This document shows positions 16,784 to 25,900 of a stretch of DNA of 30,507 nucleotides, piece by piece. The notes below the pieces were generated by a model. The model had not been told where the DNA came from and did not search any database. It saw only the letters and a list, made by a program, of their open reading frames with translations. The DNA is from an uncultured virus (IMG/VR IMGVR_UViG_3300029305_009146). Lineage: Duplodnaviria; Heunggongvirae; Uroviricota; Caudoviricetes. Position 1 is the stretch's first letter, and every line of letters starts with the position of its first letter. Both the position numbers and the translations under genes were made by a program. Location of the stretch: the IMG/VR virus record IMGVR_UViG_3300029305_009146, one strand, 5' to 3'.

Positions 16784-17319
16784 CGGTCAAAATCCTCCTT
16801 CTGATGCACAAGCGCATCTTTTTCTCTCAGTGTTTTGATAATCAGTTTTGCAATTTTTTCCGGGCTGTCGTTTTTGTCGATTCTAAGGCCGTTCCAGGTT
16901 CCCTTAGTCCCGTTAATTCCATTCATAAATTTGATTCCTGTTCCTCCGGCCGCTTCCCATTCGCGAAGGTTTGGGGTATAATCATCTATCAAAATATCAT
17001 TTGGTTTTATTCCGCCGGGTACATACTTTGTCTTATTTATTCCACACGATGAAAAAATTCGGTTATGGCGAGGAATTTCCGGAAGTTGCTCGTCAACCCA
17101 TGAGTTCTTTTCCTTTAACGCATATTTGCTGTCCTGCAAATAATGGGAATTAATAAAGCCTTCCACTCCTTCGGATGTAATAACAGCTCTAAAGGCAAGA
17201 ACAAGAGCATCGTGTGCTTTTAATGTACGAAAATAACCCTCTTCATATAAATCTTCAAAGGCAGTCACGGGCTTCCACTCTGCGAAAGACCCGTCCATAT
17301 CGCCAAAAAGTCGTCCCAT
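16780..17319 (-). CDS. HAD-superfamily 5'(3')-deoxyribonucleotidase (NT5C-like)
   Basis: FGDMDG (DxD) and ILIDDYTPNLREWEAAGGTGI; ATGA-coupled to the helicase. Confidence 0.85.
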   Translation of the reverse strand: MGRLFGDMDGSFAEWKPVTAFEDLYEEGYFRTLKAHDALVLAFRAVITSEGVEGFINSHYLQDSKYALKEKNSWVDEQLPEIPRHNRIFSSCGINKTKYVPGGIKPNDILIDDYTPNLREWEAAGGTGIKFMNGINGTKGTWNGLRIDKNDSPEKIAKLIIKTLREKDALVHQKEDFDR

Positions 17320-17348
17320 AAAAATTCTCCTTTCTTTTACATATTACT

Positions 17349-17361
17349 GTTAAGGGAAATT
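17349..17361 (-). promoter_or_regulatory. Conserved upstream motif copy 7
   Basis: gttaagggaaatt, about 15 nt from the SD; terminator at ~17381-17410. Confidence 0.75.
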
Positions 17362-17418
17362 TTCTTTATTGAAACAAAAAAAGAGCCGTGCAAAATGCAC
17401 GACTCCTTTTCTTTTTGG

Positions 17419-17997
17419 TTAGACAAGCTGCGAAAGAGCGAAGCCTCTATGAGTCTTCCAAGTCTGCTCCTTTCCGGCGTTTTCTCCGCGCTCCGGAGTA
17501 AAAGTGCTTTCGGAACTCTCAAAGTTTCCGTTTGTAACAAAGATGTAGCGAGCGTCTGCTTCATCAGCCTTGTTAAAAAAGAAAGAGTTGAGAATCACGG
17601 TCGCATTCTCACCGCTGGAGAACTTCACGGAGAAGTACTTCTTGTTGGTCTCCTTTGTGGTCTTTTCTTCTACGTTCTTGAAAGAACAGGAAGAATAAAT
17701 ACCAATCGGGTCAGCGAGGCCCTTGGTTACGTTAAAGCCCTTAATCGGACCAACTTCCGGAACCTCTACCATGCGCAGAACCTCGATTTCTCCGTCGGAA
17801 AGCATCTTCCCGACAACAAGAACCTCGTTCCGTTCCGTATCAATGACATTGCCGGATAACTTAATATCCCGGAGATGGATACCCTGTTCCTGAGACCAAT
17901 ACTCAATCTGAAGAGTATCCGACGCAGTTAAGGTTCCCAGTGCAACACAGGCATTGTCATTCTTTCTTACATAAAGCTTTCTTACAAAGTTACTCAT
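17419..17997 (-). CDS. Hypothetical beta-rich protein (possible OB-fold)
   Basis: SD AAAGGAG; monocistronic, with its own motif copy and terminator. Confidence 0.7.
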   Translation of the reverse strand: MSNFVRKLYVRKNDNACVALGTLTASDTLQIEYWSQEQGIHLRDIKLSGNVIDTERNEVLVVGKMLSDGEIEVLRMVEVPEVGPIKGFNVTKGLADPIGIYSSCSFKNVEEKTTKETNKKYFSVKFSSGENATVILNSFFFNKADEADARYIFVTNGNFESSESTFTPERGENAGKEQTWKTHRGFALSQLV

Positions 17998-18051
17998 AAT
18001 AATCTCTCCTTTTCGTGATTAAAAATTAGGCACTATTGCCTTTGTACTGTT

Positions 18052-18064
18052 GTTAAGGAAAAAA
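18052..18064 (-). promoter_or_regulatory. Conserved upstream motif copy 8
   Basis: gttaaggaaaaaa; terminator at ~18080-18104. Confidence 0.72.
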
Positions 18065-18111
18065 TTTTTTAAAAGAGAAAAAGAGCCGGATAAACGACTC
18101 TTTTAAAAAAA

Positions 18112-18909
18112 TCACATATATTCGGTAACTTCTTTTGTTCCTCTGTTATAAGTAATCATATTGCAATCATTCGGGTTTATAATGTAAAATTCTCCGTACC
18201 TTTCTTTTAAATACTGCTCGCACTTTGTATATGCCTCCTGTATGCATCGAGCACCTCCGGACTCCAATGCTTTTACAATCTGTGTCAAACATGTCCCAGA
18301 ACGGTATCTTGGGGCAATAAATGCTACTTCGTTCAAATCTACCCGGGATAAAAGCTCTTCGATGCGCTTTTTGCACCGCTCTCCTTCTTTTTTGTTTTTT
18401 GCGGACATTTTTGCATTTATCCAACACTCTCTTATATACCGAAAAAGTCGTTCGATGAGGATAATGCACGCGCTTATAACAAGCGGAGCAAGGAACAATA
18501 CCGCGATTGCTAATGACTGTGCTTTAAATTCATCCATTCCTGCGGCAATTTTTTGTTTCCGTACAATGTTTGAGAGCCACATACAAAAATGTCCATACCA
18601 TTTATAAAACGGTCCGGTAAAATAGCGTTCTGTCGATAAGCCCAGGTCGGCACCAAGAGCAAACAATATGTAATTAACCACTACAAAAATAAAAGCCAAA
18701 AACTTACTTGTTTTTATTGTGATTTCCAGTTTTCTTAAATTTTCCGCCTGACGAAGATTATATTTTCCGGTCCTGCCCAGTTCCACAACCTCCATAAGCG
18801 GGACAGACACTCTCTTTGTTTTATCGATAATTATCCGTTTTTGCTCTGGGCTTAGCATGGTAAAAGTGTTTATCTCAAACGGCAGTCCCGGTCCTACTTT
18901 GGTATCCAT
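18112..18909 (-). CDS. Hypothetical membrane protein with two TM helices
   Basis: Likely start MDTKVG with SD AAGGAG; hydrophobic FLAFIFVVVNYILFALG and LAIAVLFLAPLVISACIILI. Confidence 0.7.
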   Translation of the reverse strand: MDTKVGPGLPFEINTFTMLSPEQKRIIIDKTKRVSVPLMEVVELGRTGKYNLRQAENLRKLEITIKTSKFLAFIFVVVNYILFALGADLGLSTERYFTGPFYKWYGHFCMWLSNIVRKQKIAAGMDEFKAQSLAIAVLFLAPLVISACIILIERLFRYIRECWINAKMSAKNKKEGERCKKRIEELLSRVDLNEVAFIAPRYRSGTCLTQIVKALESGGARCIQEAYTKCEQYLKERYGEFYIINPNDCNMITYNRGTKEVTEYM

Positions 18910-18964
18910 ATGAACTTTCTCCTTAGCGTGATTATAAAAACAAGAATAGCATAAAAGGCAAAAA

Positions 18965-18992
18965 AATACAAGAGGACCATGCCTCTTGTATT
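18965..18992 (-). terminator. Intrinsic terminator
   Basis: aatacaagagg-accatg-cctcttgtatt hairpin. Confidence 0.75.
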
Positions 18993-19000
18993 TGTAGATT

Positions 19001-20266
19001 TTACTTTTCCCGTAAACGAATTGCATTGACCTTTTTTTGTTTGTCAAAAGCAAGATTCATTTGCAGAGAACCACTGTAATATTCATAAACATCTTCCGTT
19101 TCATAAGAAAGGGAGAAATGTGGTTCTCCATATAATTCAGATAATTCGTTGCCTGTCATATTAAGGCGCCCCCCTCCGGAGACAGACACGGGGCTCTTGG
19201 ATGGAGTTTTAGACTCTATTGTGATGTCAATAATCGCCCCGCCTGCTAACGACGTTGTATCTGCAGTCTTATTTTTTACAGTAACCTGCACTTCACAATC
19301 CGGATACTGTGTGTTTTCCAGACGTATCCCTTTTACCGTCTTTCCGGTATTTAGTACCGTTGTAAAATCATATTCCTTGTTTTTTATTTCCCATCCCAGA
19401 TTTAACATCTGTTCAAGTTTTTCTCCCAGCTTATGTACCGAACTACCAAAACAAAACTCCATGTCAGTCCAATCAGAAGAAACAGTCCCGCCCACGGGGA
19501 TGTATTCAATAACATCTCCCGGGAGTGAGGTTTTACCCTCGGTTTTAATTGTCTCATGGGAATCTTCATTGTCTGTCAAGTCTTTAGGAAGGTCCAAAAT
19601 TGTATCTTCGTTAAACTTGGCCGGGACAATTGCAAAACTGACCCCGCGTTCGGTACTTTCCATCAATAAAGATGTGAGCGTATAGGTGTTTTTGTTCAGA
19701 ACCATAGTATAAGAAACGGTATCCTGGTTTCCGAACACGCGACACAGGGAAGTATTAAACACTTGGTCTTTTGGTAAAGAAAAATATTCTTTCAAGTCCT
19801 GATAAAGTCCGGTTCCTTTTAATGTATAGTTAGACTCATCCTCTTCCATTGTTACGTTGGCAAAAACTTCATCAAAGCTTAATGCAGACACAGAAATAAA
19901 CCCGTTTTTTTCTTCACTTACTGTCTCCGTCCACTTGTTTGAAAGTGCGTCGTGAGTATAAACAAGCGTTTTTGTGTTGCTGACGTCTTCAAACCATTTT
20001 TTTAATGACGTTGTTTCATCACCGGAAACTGTGGTTCCGTAATAATAACGGGTCTGAGGGTCTGCCTGTACCCGGACTTGAAGTTCGCTTTCGGCGTCTT
20101 TAACGGTGATTGTTCCTTCCGAGTATCCGTTATATTCCTGTTCAAAAAAATACGAAAGAACATCCTGCGCGGTAAGAATCTCCGGGGCTTTATTCTTGTT
20201 CAAGTAAAAATATGCGCCGCCGCCAAGCAGGCAAAGCACTACAACAATGATTAAGAGTTTTTTCAT
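19001..20266 (-). CDS. Exported or membrane-anchored protein
   Basis: N-terminal MKKLLIIVVVLCLLGGGAYFYL signal/anchor; beta-rich acidic body. Confidence 0.75.
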   Translation of the reverse strand: MKKLLIIVVVLCLLGGGAYFYLNKNKAPEILTAQDVLSYFFEQEYNGYSEGTITVKDAESELQVRVQADPQTRYYYGTTVSGDETTSLKKWFEDVSNTKTLVYTHDALSNKWTETVSEEKNGFISVSALSFDEVFANVTMEEDESNYTLKGTGLYQDLKEYFSLPKDQVFNTSLCRVFGNQDTVSYTMVLNKNTYTLTSLLMESTERGVSFAIVPAKFNEDTILDLPKDLTDNEDSHETIKTEGKTSLPGDVIEYIPVGGTVSSDWTDMEFCFGSSVHKLGEKLEQMLNLGWEIKNKEYDFTTVLNTGKTVKGIRLENTQYPDCEVQVTVKNKTADTTSLAGGAIIDITIESKTPSKSPVSVSGGGRLNMTGNELSELYGEPHFSLSYETEDVYEYYSGSLQMNLAFDKQKKVNAIRLREK

Positions 20267-20368
20267 ATAAGCCTCCCTTTTAAAACAATGAATAATTAAG
20301 AACGAATAGTGGACAATGAGGTTATCCTAATTGTTTGTTTTCCCTTATTTATTCTTAATTGTTCTATT

Positions 20369-20381
20369 GTTAAGGAAAACA
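20369..20381 (-). promoter_or_regulatory. Conserved upstream motif copy 9
   Basis: gttaaggaaaaca; terminator caggagatgg/ccatctcctg at 20395-20421. Confidence 0.7.
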
Positions 20382-20484
20382 AAAATACAAAAAACAGGAG
20401 ATGGTGATTACCCATCTCCTGCTCTGTTTTCGCGCAATGGCTTTTCTGCTCATATTTTACTTCTCCGCAGCGGAGAATTTTTCC

Positions 20485-21246
20485 CTAGTTAAACGGGAGC
20501 TCCTCATCAATACCATCCGGGATGTTCATGAAACCATCACCGGAGGAGAGCTCTTCCTCTACTGCCGGAGCCGGCTTGGTGTTTTCCTTTACCTCAACGA
20601 AAAGTCTCTCAAGGTCCATCTTGTTGATGCCCATGTGGCTTACATTGCGGTAGGTTCTGCCGTTACGGGTAGAGGTATACTCATCGCCCGGTCTGGTAAG
20701 GATGGTTGCGTAAATCTTGGTCTCAACCTCCTTGCCGTCCTTGGTCTTGGTCTCATTAAGACCGGAAAGTCTCTTCTGAACCTTCTCAATGGCATCCGGC
20801 TGATTGTCGGAGTTGTAAACCTTGATTCTGTGGGAAACGTACTCATCACCCTGTTTAACAGAGATAGTGACGTCAAAGTGCGGCTTCTTTGGCTTGCCTT
20901 CCTTGTTGAGGCGCGGGGAGCCGTCCTCCTCCTTCTCCTCGTAAAGTCTTGCATCGCTGATAAAACCGGTTACGATTGCAGCACCCTCAAGCTCAAAGTA
21001 ATCGTTGCCGTTCATTACCTTATTTGCATTCACAGTGTTTGCGCCGCCTCTGAAGCCGACCGCAGTAATGTTGTAGCCAACCTTGATGCCTTCGGTTTCG
21101 GAAAAGTTGCTCTTAACATTAACGTCTTCTTTGTGTTCGCCGTCCTTGTCGAAGTAGGTAACCTCAACAACCAGCAATCCGTCCTTTACTTCCTTAACCT
21201 TACCGGAAATCACATTGAGTCCGGTGTTCTTGCTCTGATACTTCAT
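20485..21246 (-). CDS. Single-stranded DNA-binding-like protein with a canonical SSB acidic tail
   Basis: C-terminus GDGFMNIPDGIDEELPFN; beta-rich body; start MKYQSK after SD AAAGGAG. Confidence 0.7.
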   Translation of the reverse strand: MKYQSKNTGLNVISGKVKEVKDGLLVVEVTYFDKDGEHKEDVNVKSNFSETEGIKVGYNITAVGFRGGANTVNANKVMNGNDYFELEGAAIVTGFISDARLYEEKEEDGSPRLNKEGKPKKPHFDVTISVKQGDEYVSHRIKVYNSDNQPDAIEKVQKRLSGLNETKTKDGKEVETKIYATILTRPGDEYTSTRNGRTYRNVSHMGINKMDLERLFVEVKENTKPAPAVEEELSSGDGFMNIPDGIDEELPFN

Positions 21247-21305
21247 GATATCATTCTCCTTTTCATAAAAATTCACCCAAACAGGCGTATTATTGGTACG
21301 AAACA

Positions 21306-21318
21306 GTTAAGGGAAAAA
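21306..21318 (-). promoter_or_regulatory. Conserved upstream motif copy 10
   Basis: gttaagggaaaaa upstream of the SSB-like gene. Confidence 0.75.
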
Positions 21319-21363
21319 TTTTTAAAAAGAAACTTTTTGAAAGAAATTTTATTTTGCCTTTAA

Positions 21364-21376
21364 AATTTCCCTTAAC
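21364..21376 (+). promoter_or_regulatory. Conserved upstream motif copy 11, on the plus strand
   Basis: aatttcccttaac upstream of the only credible plus-strand gene. Confidence 0.78.
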
Positions 21377-21439
21377 GTAAACAGAAGCATATTTAACAGA
21401 GAAGAGCGGCTAAATATACCAACAAAGGAGCCGTTCAGT

Positions 21440-22141
21440 ATGATTAGTAATGAAATTCTGTTGCCATTTGAAGAACTCATTTTAAAGAAGCGAGGTGGTT
21501 CGAAAACCCTAAAGACGTTGGAAGAAAACAAAGAGATGGTCTTATATATCGCGAATGACATTTTGGGGCTATCTGAGGAGGAATTCCGGGCGTTGTATTC
21601 TACGGAATTTAATGCCAAGTACCACATAACAAAGTACGTTGCACAACTTTTAAAGCTGGCAGACGAAGAAGCGCTGGTGGGGTCGAAACGCTCCAAAGAC
21701 TATATTTTTGGAACTCTCTACACCGGTGGCGAAAAGACCGATATGCAAAAAGAGATTATTCGTCTTTTAAACAATGATGATGAATCAACAAAAAAACATT
21801 TGGAGCGTATCAAAGACATTAAAAAAAGAGACGGAATTATTTTTCGGTATTTGGAATGGTTGTTTGATGCGGTTATGGAAATGGATACGATTTCTAAAAG
21901 GATTCAATTTCTTAGCCGTGCAAAAGAGCTTAAATTTGCAGAACGCATTCCTTGCTTTGCGTTAATAAACACGCATTATTTCTGTCTGCTTGACTTTTAT
22001 TTTTACAATCTCCCCAGGGAGACTCAGTATGAATATTACGGAGAATATCTGTATGCGCGTAAAAATATCCCGGAGGGCTTTGAAGTGTTGTGCTTTGCGA
22101 TGGAAGATAATCCGCAAGCGATGAAAATTTTAAAAGGATAA
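21440..22141 (+). CDS. Hypothetical helical protein
   Basis: SD AAAGGAG; fills the gap between divergent and convergent genes; ends at a bidirectional terminator. Confidence 0.8.
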   Translation: MISNEILLPFEELILKKRGGSKTLKTLEENKEMVLYIANDILGLSEEEFRALYSTEFNAKYHITKYVAQLLKLADEEALVGSKRSKDYIFGTLYTGGEKTDMQKEIIRLLNNDDESTKKHLERIKDIKKRDGIIFRYLEWLFDAVMEMDTISKRIQFLSRAKELKFAERIPCFALINTHYFCLLDFYFYNLPRETQYEYYGEYLYARKNIPEGFEVLCFAMEDNPQAMKILKG

Positions 22142-22148
22142 AAGCAAA

Positions 22149-22179
22149 AAAAAGAGACGGTATTAAACCGCCTCTTTTT
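22149..22179. terminator. Bidirectional intrinsic terminator
   Basis: aaaaagagacgg-tattaaa-ccgcctcttttt between convergent genes. Confidence 0.75.
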
Positions 22180-22184
22180 CGTTG

Positions 22185-22826
22185 TTATGATACCTTGTGG
22201 AATGGAGACCCATAACTTGCCAAACGGCTTCCTGCATATAACAGGGCCGCCTTCTGTTTATCCATGCCGCTATACTTGCTGGTGAAGGCGTTAAACTTTG
22301 CCAGCTCCTCGGTAGCGAGCTTGTCAAAATATGCAGCCTCCGCAGAACGAGAGCTCATATGCGTCATCATTCCGGTCGGACATTCCATCTCTCCCTCATA
22401 GGAGTTGTGCTGCGGTTTACCGTTCTTCTTTTCGTAATACTTCGGAACGGAACCGTTTCCAAAGCCGTCACCGCCACGGATAAAATCCGAGTAGACTTCC
22501 TTCAACCAATATGTAAGAAAAGTACTGCCGAGGCAGGTCTTCTGTTCACCGGTTGCTTCATCAAGCGTGTACGGCGAGTATGCCGGCAAACGCATGATGA
22601 CTACAGTCTTGAGGGACTGTTCCAAGTCCTCGATATCCTGGAGACGATAGTTGGAAACCTTTAACAGTTTTGCGTCGGTGCAATATTTGGTAATGATTTT
22701 TGCCATTGCTTCCAGCGCAAGTTCGACTGCGGCACTGGTCTGTCCGCTGTGATACAGTTCGTAAATGCGAAGCCATTTTTCCATGGTTTCTTCCTGATTA
22801 ATTGTGTCGTTTGTCCTATACTTCAT
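22185..22826 (-). CDS. Divergent sigma-70-family-like protein (region 2 recognisable, region 4 HTH apparently missing)
   Basis: LYHSGQTSAAVEL..., DIEDLEQ...YSP, STFLTYWLKEVYSDFIR and SVPKYY parallel sigma regions 1.2-2.4 (EDLxQ..FDP..FSTYAxWWIR..I..VP); start MKYRTN after SD AAAGGAG. Confidence 0.6.
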   Translation of the reverse strand: MKYRTNDTINQEETMEKWLRIYELYHSGQTSAAVELALEAMAKIITKYCTDAKLLKVSNYRLQDIEDLEQSLKTVVIMRLPAYSPYTLDEATGEQKTCLGSTFLTYWLKEVYSDFIRGGDGFGNGSVPKYYEKKNGKPQHNSYEGEMECPTGMMTHMSSRSAEAAYFDKLATEELAKFNAFTSKYSGMDKQKAALLYAGSRLASYGSPFHKVS

Positions 22827-22880
22827 AAGACCTGCTCCTTTCGTGATTAAAATTGGATATAAAAATCCCATACATATATA

Positions 22881-22893
22881 GTAAAGGGAAAAA
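22881..22893 (-). promoter_or_regulatory. Conserved upstream motif copy 12 (variant TTTTTCCCTTTAC) ahead of the sigma-like gene
   Basis: gtaaagggaaaaa; hairpin gaaaagtatc/gatacttttc at ~22937-22966. Confidence 0.65.
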
Positions 22894-22977
22894 TTTTTTA
22901 ATAAATATATTTTATGCATGGTAAATTTTTCCTATAGAAAAGTATCCCATTTCTGAGATACTTTTCCATAAGACTTT

Positions 22978-25900
22978 TTAGTTGTTTGGCCAAGGGAATT
23001 TTTCTTTTTCTTTGTCGGTAATCCATGTACCTTCATCGATTTCGCTGGCGGTAATCGCTTTTGTGAATCTGGTATCCAACTCATCAATTCCGATGGTGTA
23101 AATACTACAGTCCGGATTGTTTGGATTGCTGTCGATGATAAGACATTCGTTTTCGTCCACCATGCCAAGATATATTCCGAGCTTTTCGCGCTCCGGATTA
23201 ATAAGGATTGCACCCGGTCTCATATGGTCATATTGGTTTGCAACTCCGGCGACTTCCTGCCACATAAGGAACTTTAAGTCTTTCACTGTTTTCTTTGCTT
23301 TCTTTTCGTAAAAATCAAAGTCCGGATATGCACCTCCGTTCACACCTATCAGAAGTGTGTTGACAAACCGCAACGAGTTTTGAGAAGTTGTCCGGTCGTC
23401 GTTATAAGTTATAACTCCGGCATTATTAATTACAGCGTTAAGTATCTTAATCGAACGCTTAGATGTGTCGTTCAGATTGATGCCATACTTTGCCGTAAGA
23501 TTGTTTTTAAACTCTTCTTTTTCCGCTTTATTCAGTGTTCCCATTGTGTCTTCGTTGAAGAATACATCGAACTCTTCCCAGTTCTCAACACCTTCAAGGT
23601 ATCCGTCTGCTTCTGAGCCAATCATGCTCTTAATATCTTCGAGGTCAGAGGCACTCAGTACATTGTAGGAGTTCGGGAATTTTTCCAAAACATAATGCTC
23701 ATCAAAACCTCTTGCGTAATCCGCGCTCGTAAACTTATCAATTCCTTCGATTGTAAGTTCGCCAGAGGAGCTACCGGCGTTCATTTCTCCGAATACGTCT
23801 GCCCAATATTCCTTCCAGCCATCCGTTTCGGTTATATTGTTCTTTTCGTAACGTTTTGTTGCGTCCTTGTTATCCGGATATGCACTAAATTCATCTTTTT
23901 CGATTCGATGGCTTGGATGGAAAGAAGAATAATTTCCACCAAGAGAGCGGTCAATATCAAGCGCTGCAAGACCTTCTACACTGTCTGTGTAATAAAGGTC
24001 AACCACCGGATAAATAACTCCCGGACAGTGTCCCTGACAGGTGTAAGTATAATTGGTATTGTAACAACCTGGTTCCTCTTCACTCTTCCATTCCTCGTGT
24101 GTATGGGAACAGTTATATGTCACATTGTAAGACCACGGGCAACTGGAGGTGTGCTCATGGTTCTGACCACAATGGTAGGTTATTTTTTTGTCATAACCGC
24201 CGCACCCATAGTAATTATGGATGTGTCGTTTCCCATCCGGCATAATTTCCCCTTGACTATAACCGCAGTTCCATTCGTACTCATAGCTATAGCAATACGT
24301 ACAGTCATGCTGACAATTGAGGTCACCTTTGGAAGGAGTTGTAATGAAATAATTGCACTCACCAAACTCGTCCTTAGGATAATTTCCATATCCCGTAGTT
24401 TCAGCATGTGTATATATGTTTTTGCACTCACTTAAATTGGTGTGAGGCTTTATTGTATAGCTGTACGAATTTGGTGTCTGGATTGTGTGCGCTTTAATCC
24501 AGAGGTTGAACATCTGCGCTTTTGCAAGACCATACAAATCACCGTCAATTTCGTCAGCCATGTACCGATGACGCATAATTCCGAAGTACGGCACCATAGA
24601 GCCGAGCATATTGTCGGTTTTCTTGTAATTGCCATATCCGGTATAGGATACATAGTAATTACCGATTTGTGCCGAATCTGCAATTTCCGAAATTACCAGA
24701 GTTCCATCGCCGTATTCTTGGGAATAAATCACACGGCTTTGCGCATAAGAACTGTTTGCGTTATCGATTGCGTCCTTGTAATAAGAGACACCGTCTTTTT
24801 TTGCCATATCCATAAAACTCTCTTTGATTTCTTTCATATCGGCAACAAGGAGCTGGCCGTAATTGGTGTCATCGGCAAACGCAAAGGTGAAAAAGGATGC
24901 AATCGCTCCTACCACAATCATAACAAGACACAAAACAACGTATACAACCAAAAATCCCAGTCCTGCCATACCCAGGTATTTAATCAACACCTTCTTTATG
25001 TTGGCAAAAATATCAAAAATCTTGTTGTAGAGTGCGAACGGTGCCTTTGCAATCTTCCCTGCCACTCCGCCGACCGCTCCGGTGAACTTTTTAAAACCGT
25101 TACCGAAGCGCGCCATCATTACGCCAAGTGCGGAAGAAGACACCTGCTCCCACTTACGTCCAAGATAGCTGTCTCTTCTTCTTTGGTGGCGGACATCTCT
25201 TTTTTGTTTACGGTTGTTAAGTTTTTTTTCTTTTTTATCCAGACGTGCCTGCAGTCGGTCGTCTTTCCGCTTAGTACGGGCCGCGTTGCGCTCGTTTCGG
25301 GCGTCTCTTTTCTGAGAACGAAGACTCGCCTGCCCATCATGTTTTTGGCGATATCTTGCTTCCTTGCGGTCAAAGATGTCGTCTTTACGCTTGGTCTTTA
25401 GAGCATCACGTTTTCCTCTTGCCTCTTCCAGAGATGCCTTATTGCCGCTCCGTTTTGCGTTGCGGACATTTTTATCTTCTTTAAAGATTTCTTTTCTGGT
25501 CTTTTTATCCCCTTTGGCAATGGTTTTAGAGTCTTTAATTGCGCTTTTTGCGTTTTTAAGAGAACTTTTGGCGTCAGAAACTTTCTGCGCATCAATCATA
25601 CCAATAGCTCCTGCCGCAGAAACTGCGCCGGATGCTACCGTTACGCCTGCATTTGCAACAGCATGCGCTGCGATTTTAATATTATCAATACCGGTAAGTG
25701 TCGCGCGGTATGCAGTAGCTGCGGTTTTTGCGGTTACTTTTACTGTGTTCTTTGAAAAGGCCAGACCGGTTTTAGCATCGTCATTAAGAACGGCAGTCCC
25801 AACCCGGTTCATTTGCCCTTTTCTTATTTGCTCCGAGCGCTGATGTGCTGTCGTCTCGCCAACCACACCAATTTTTTCACAGATTTCATTGTATTTTTCT

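Noticed and set aside
20401..21363. 320-aa plus-strand ORF
   Set aside because: Antisense shadow of the SSB-like gene, with no SD and an implausible composition.
23695..25843. Long plus-strand ORFs (246, 319 and 159 aa)
   Set aside because: Antisense to the 1330-aa gene and explained by codon-bias shadowing.
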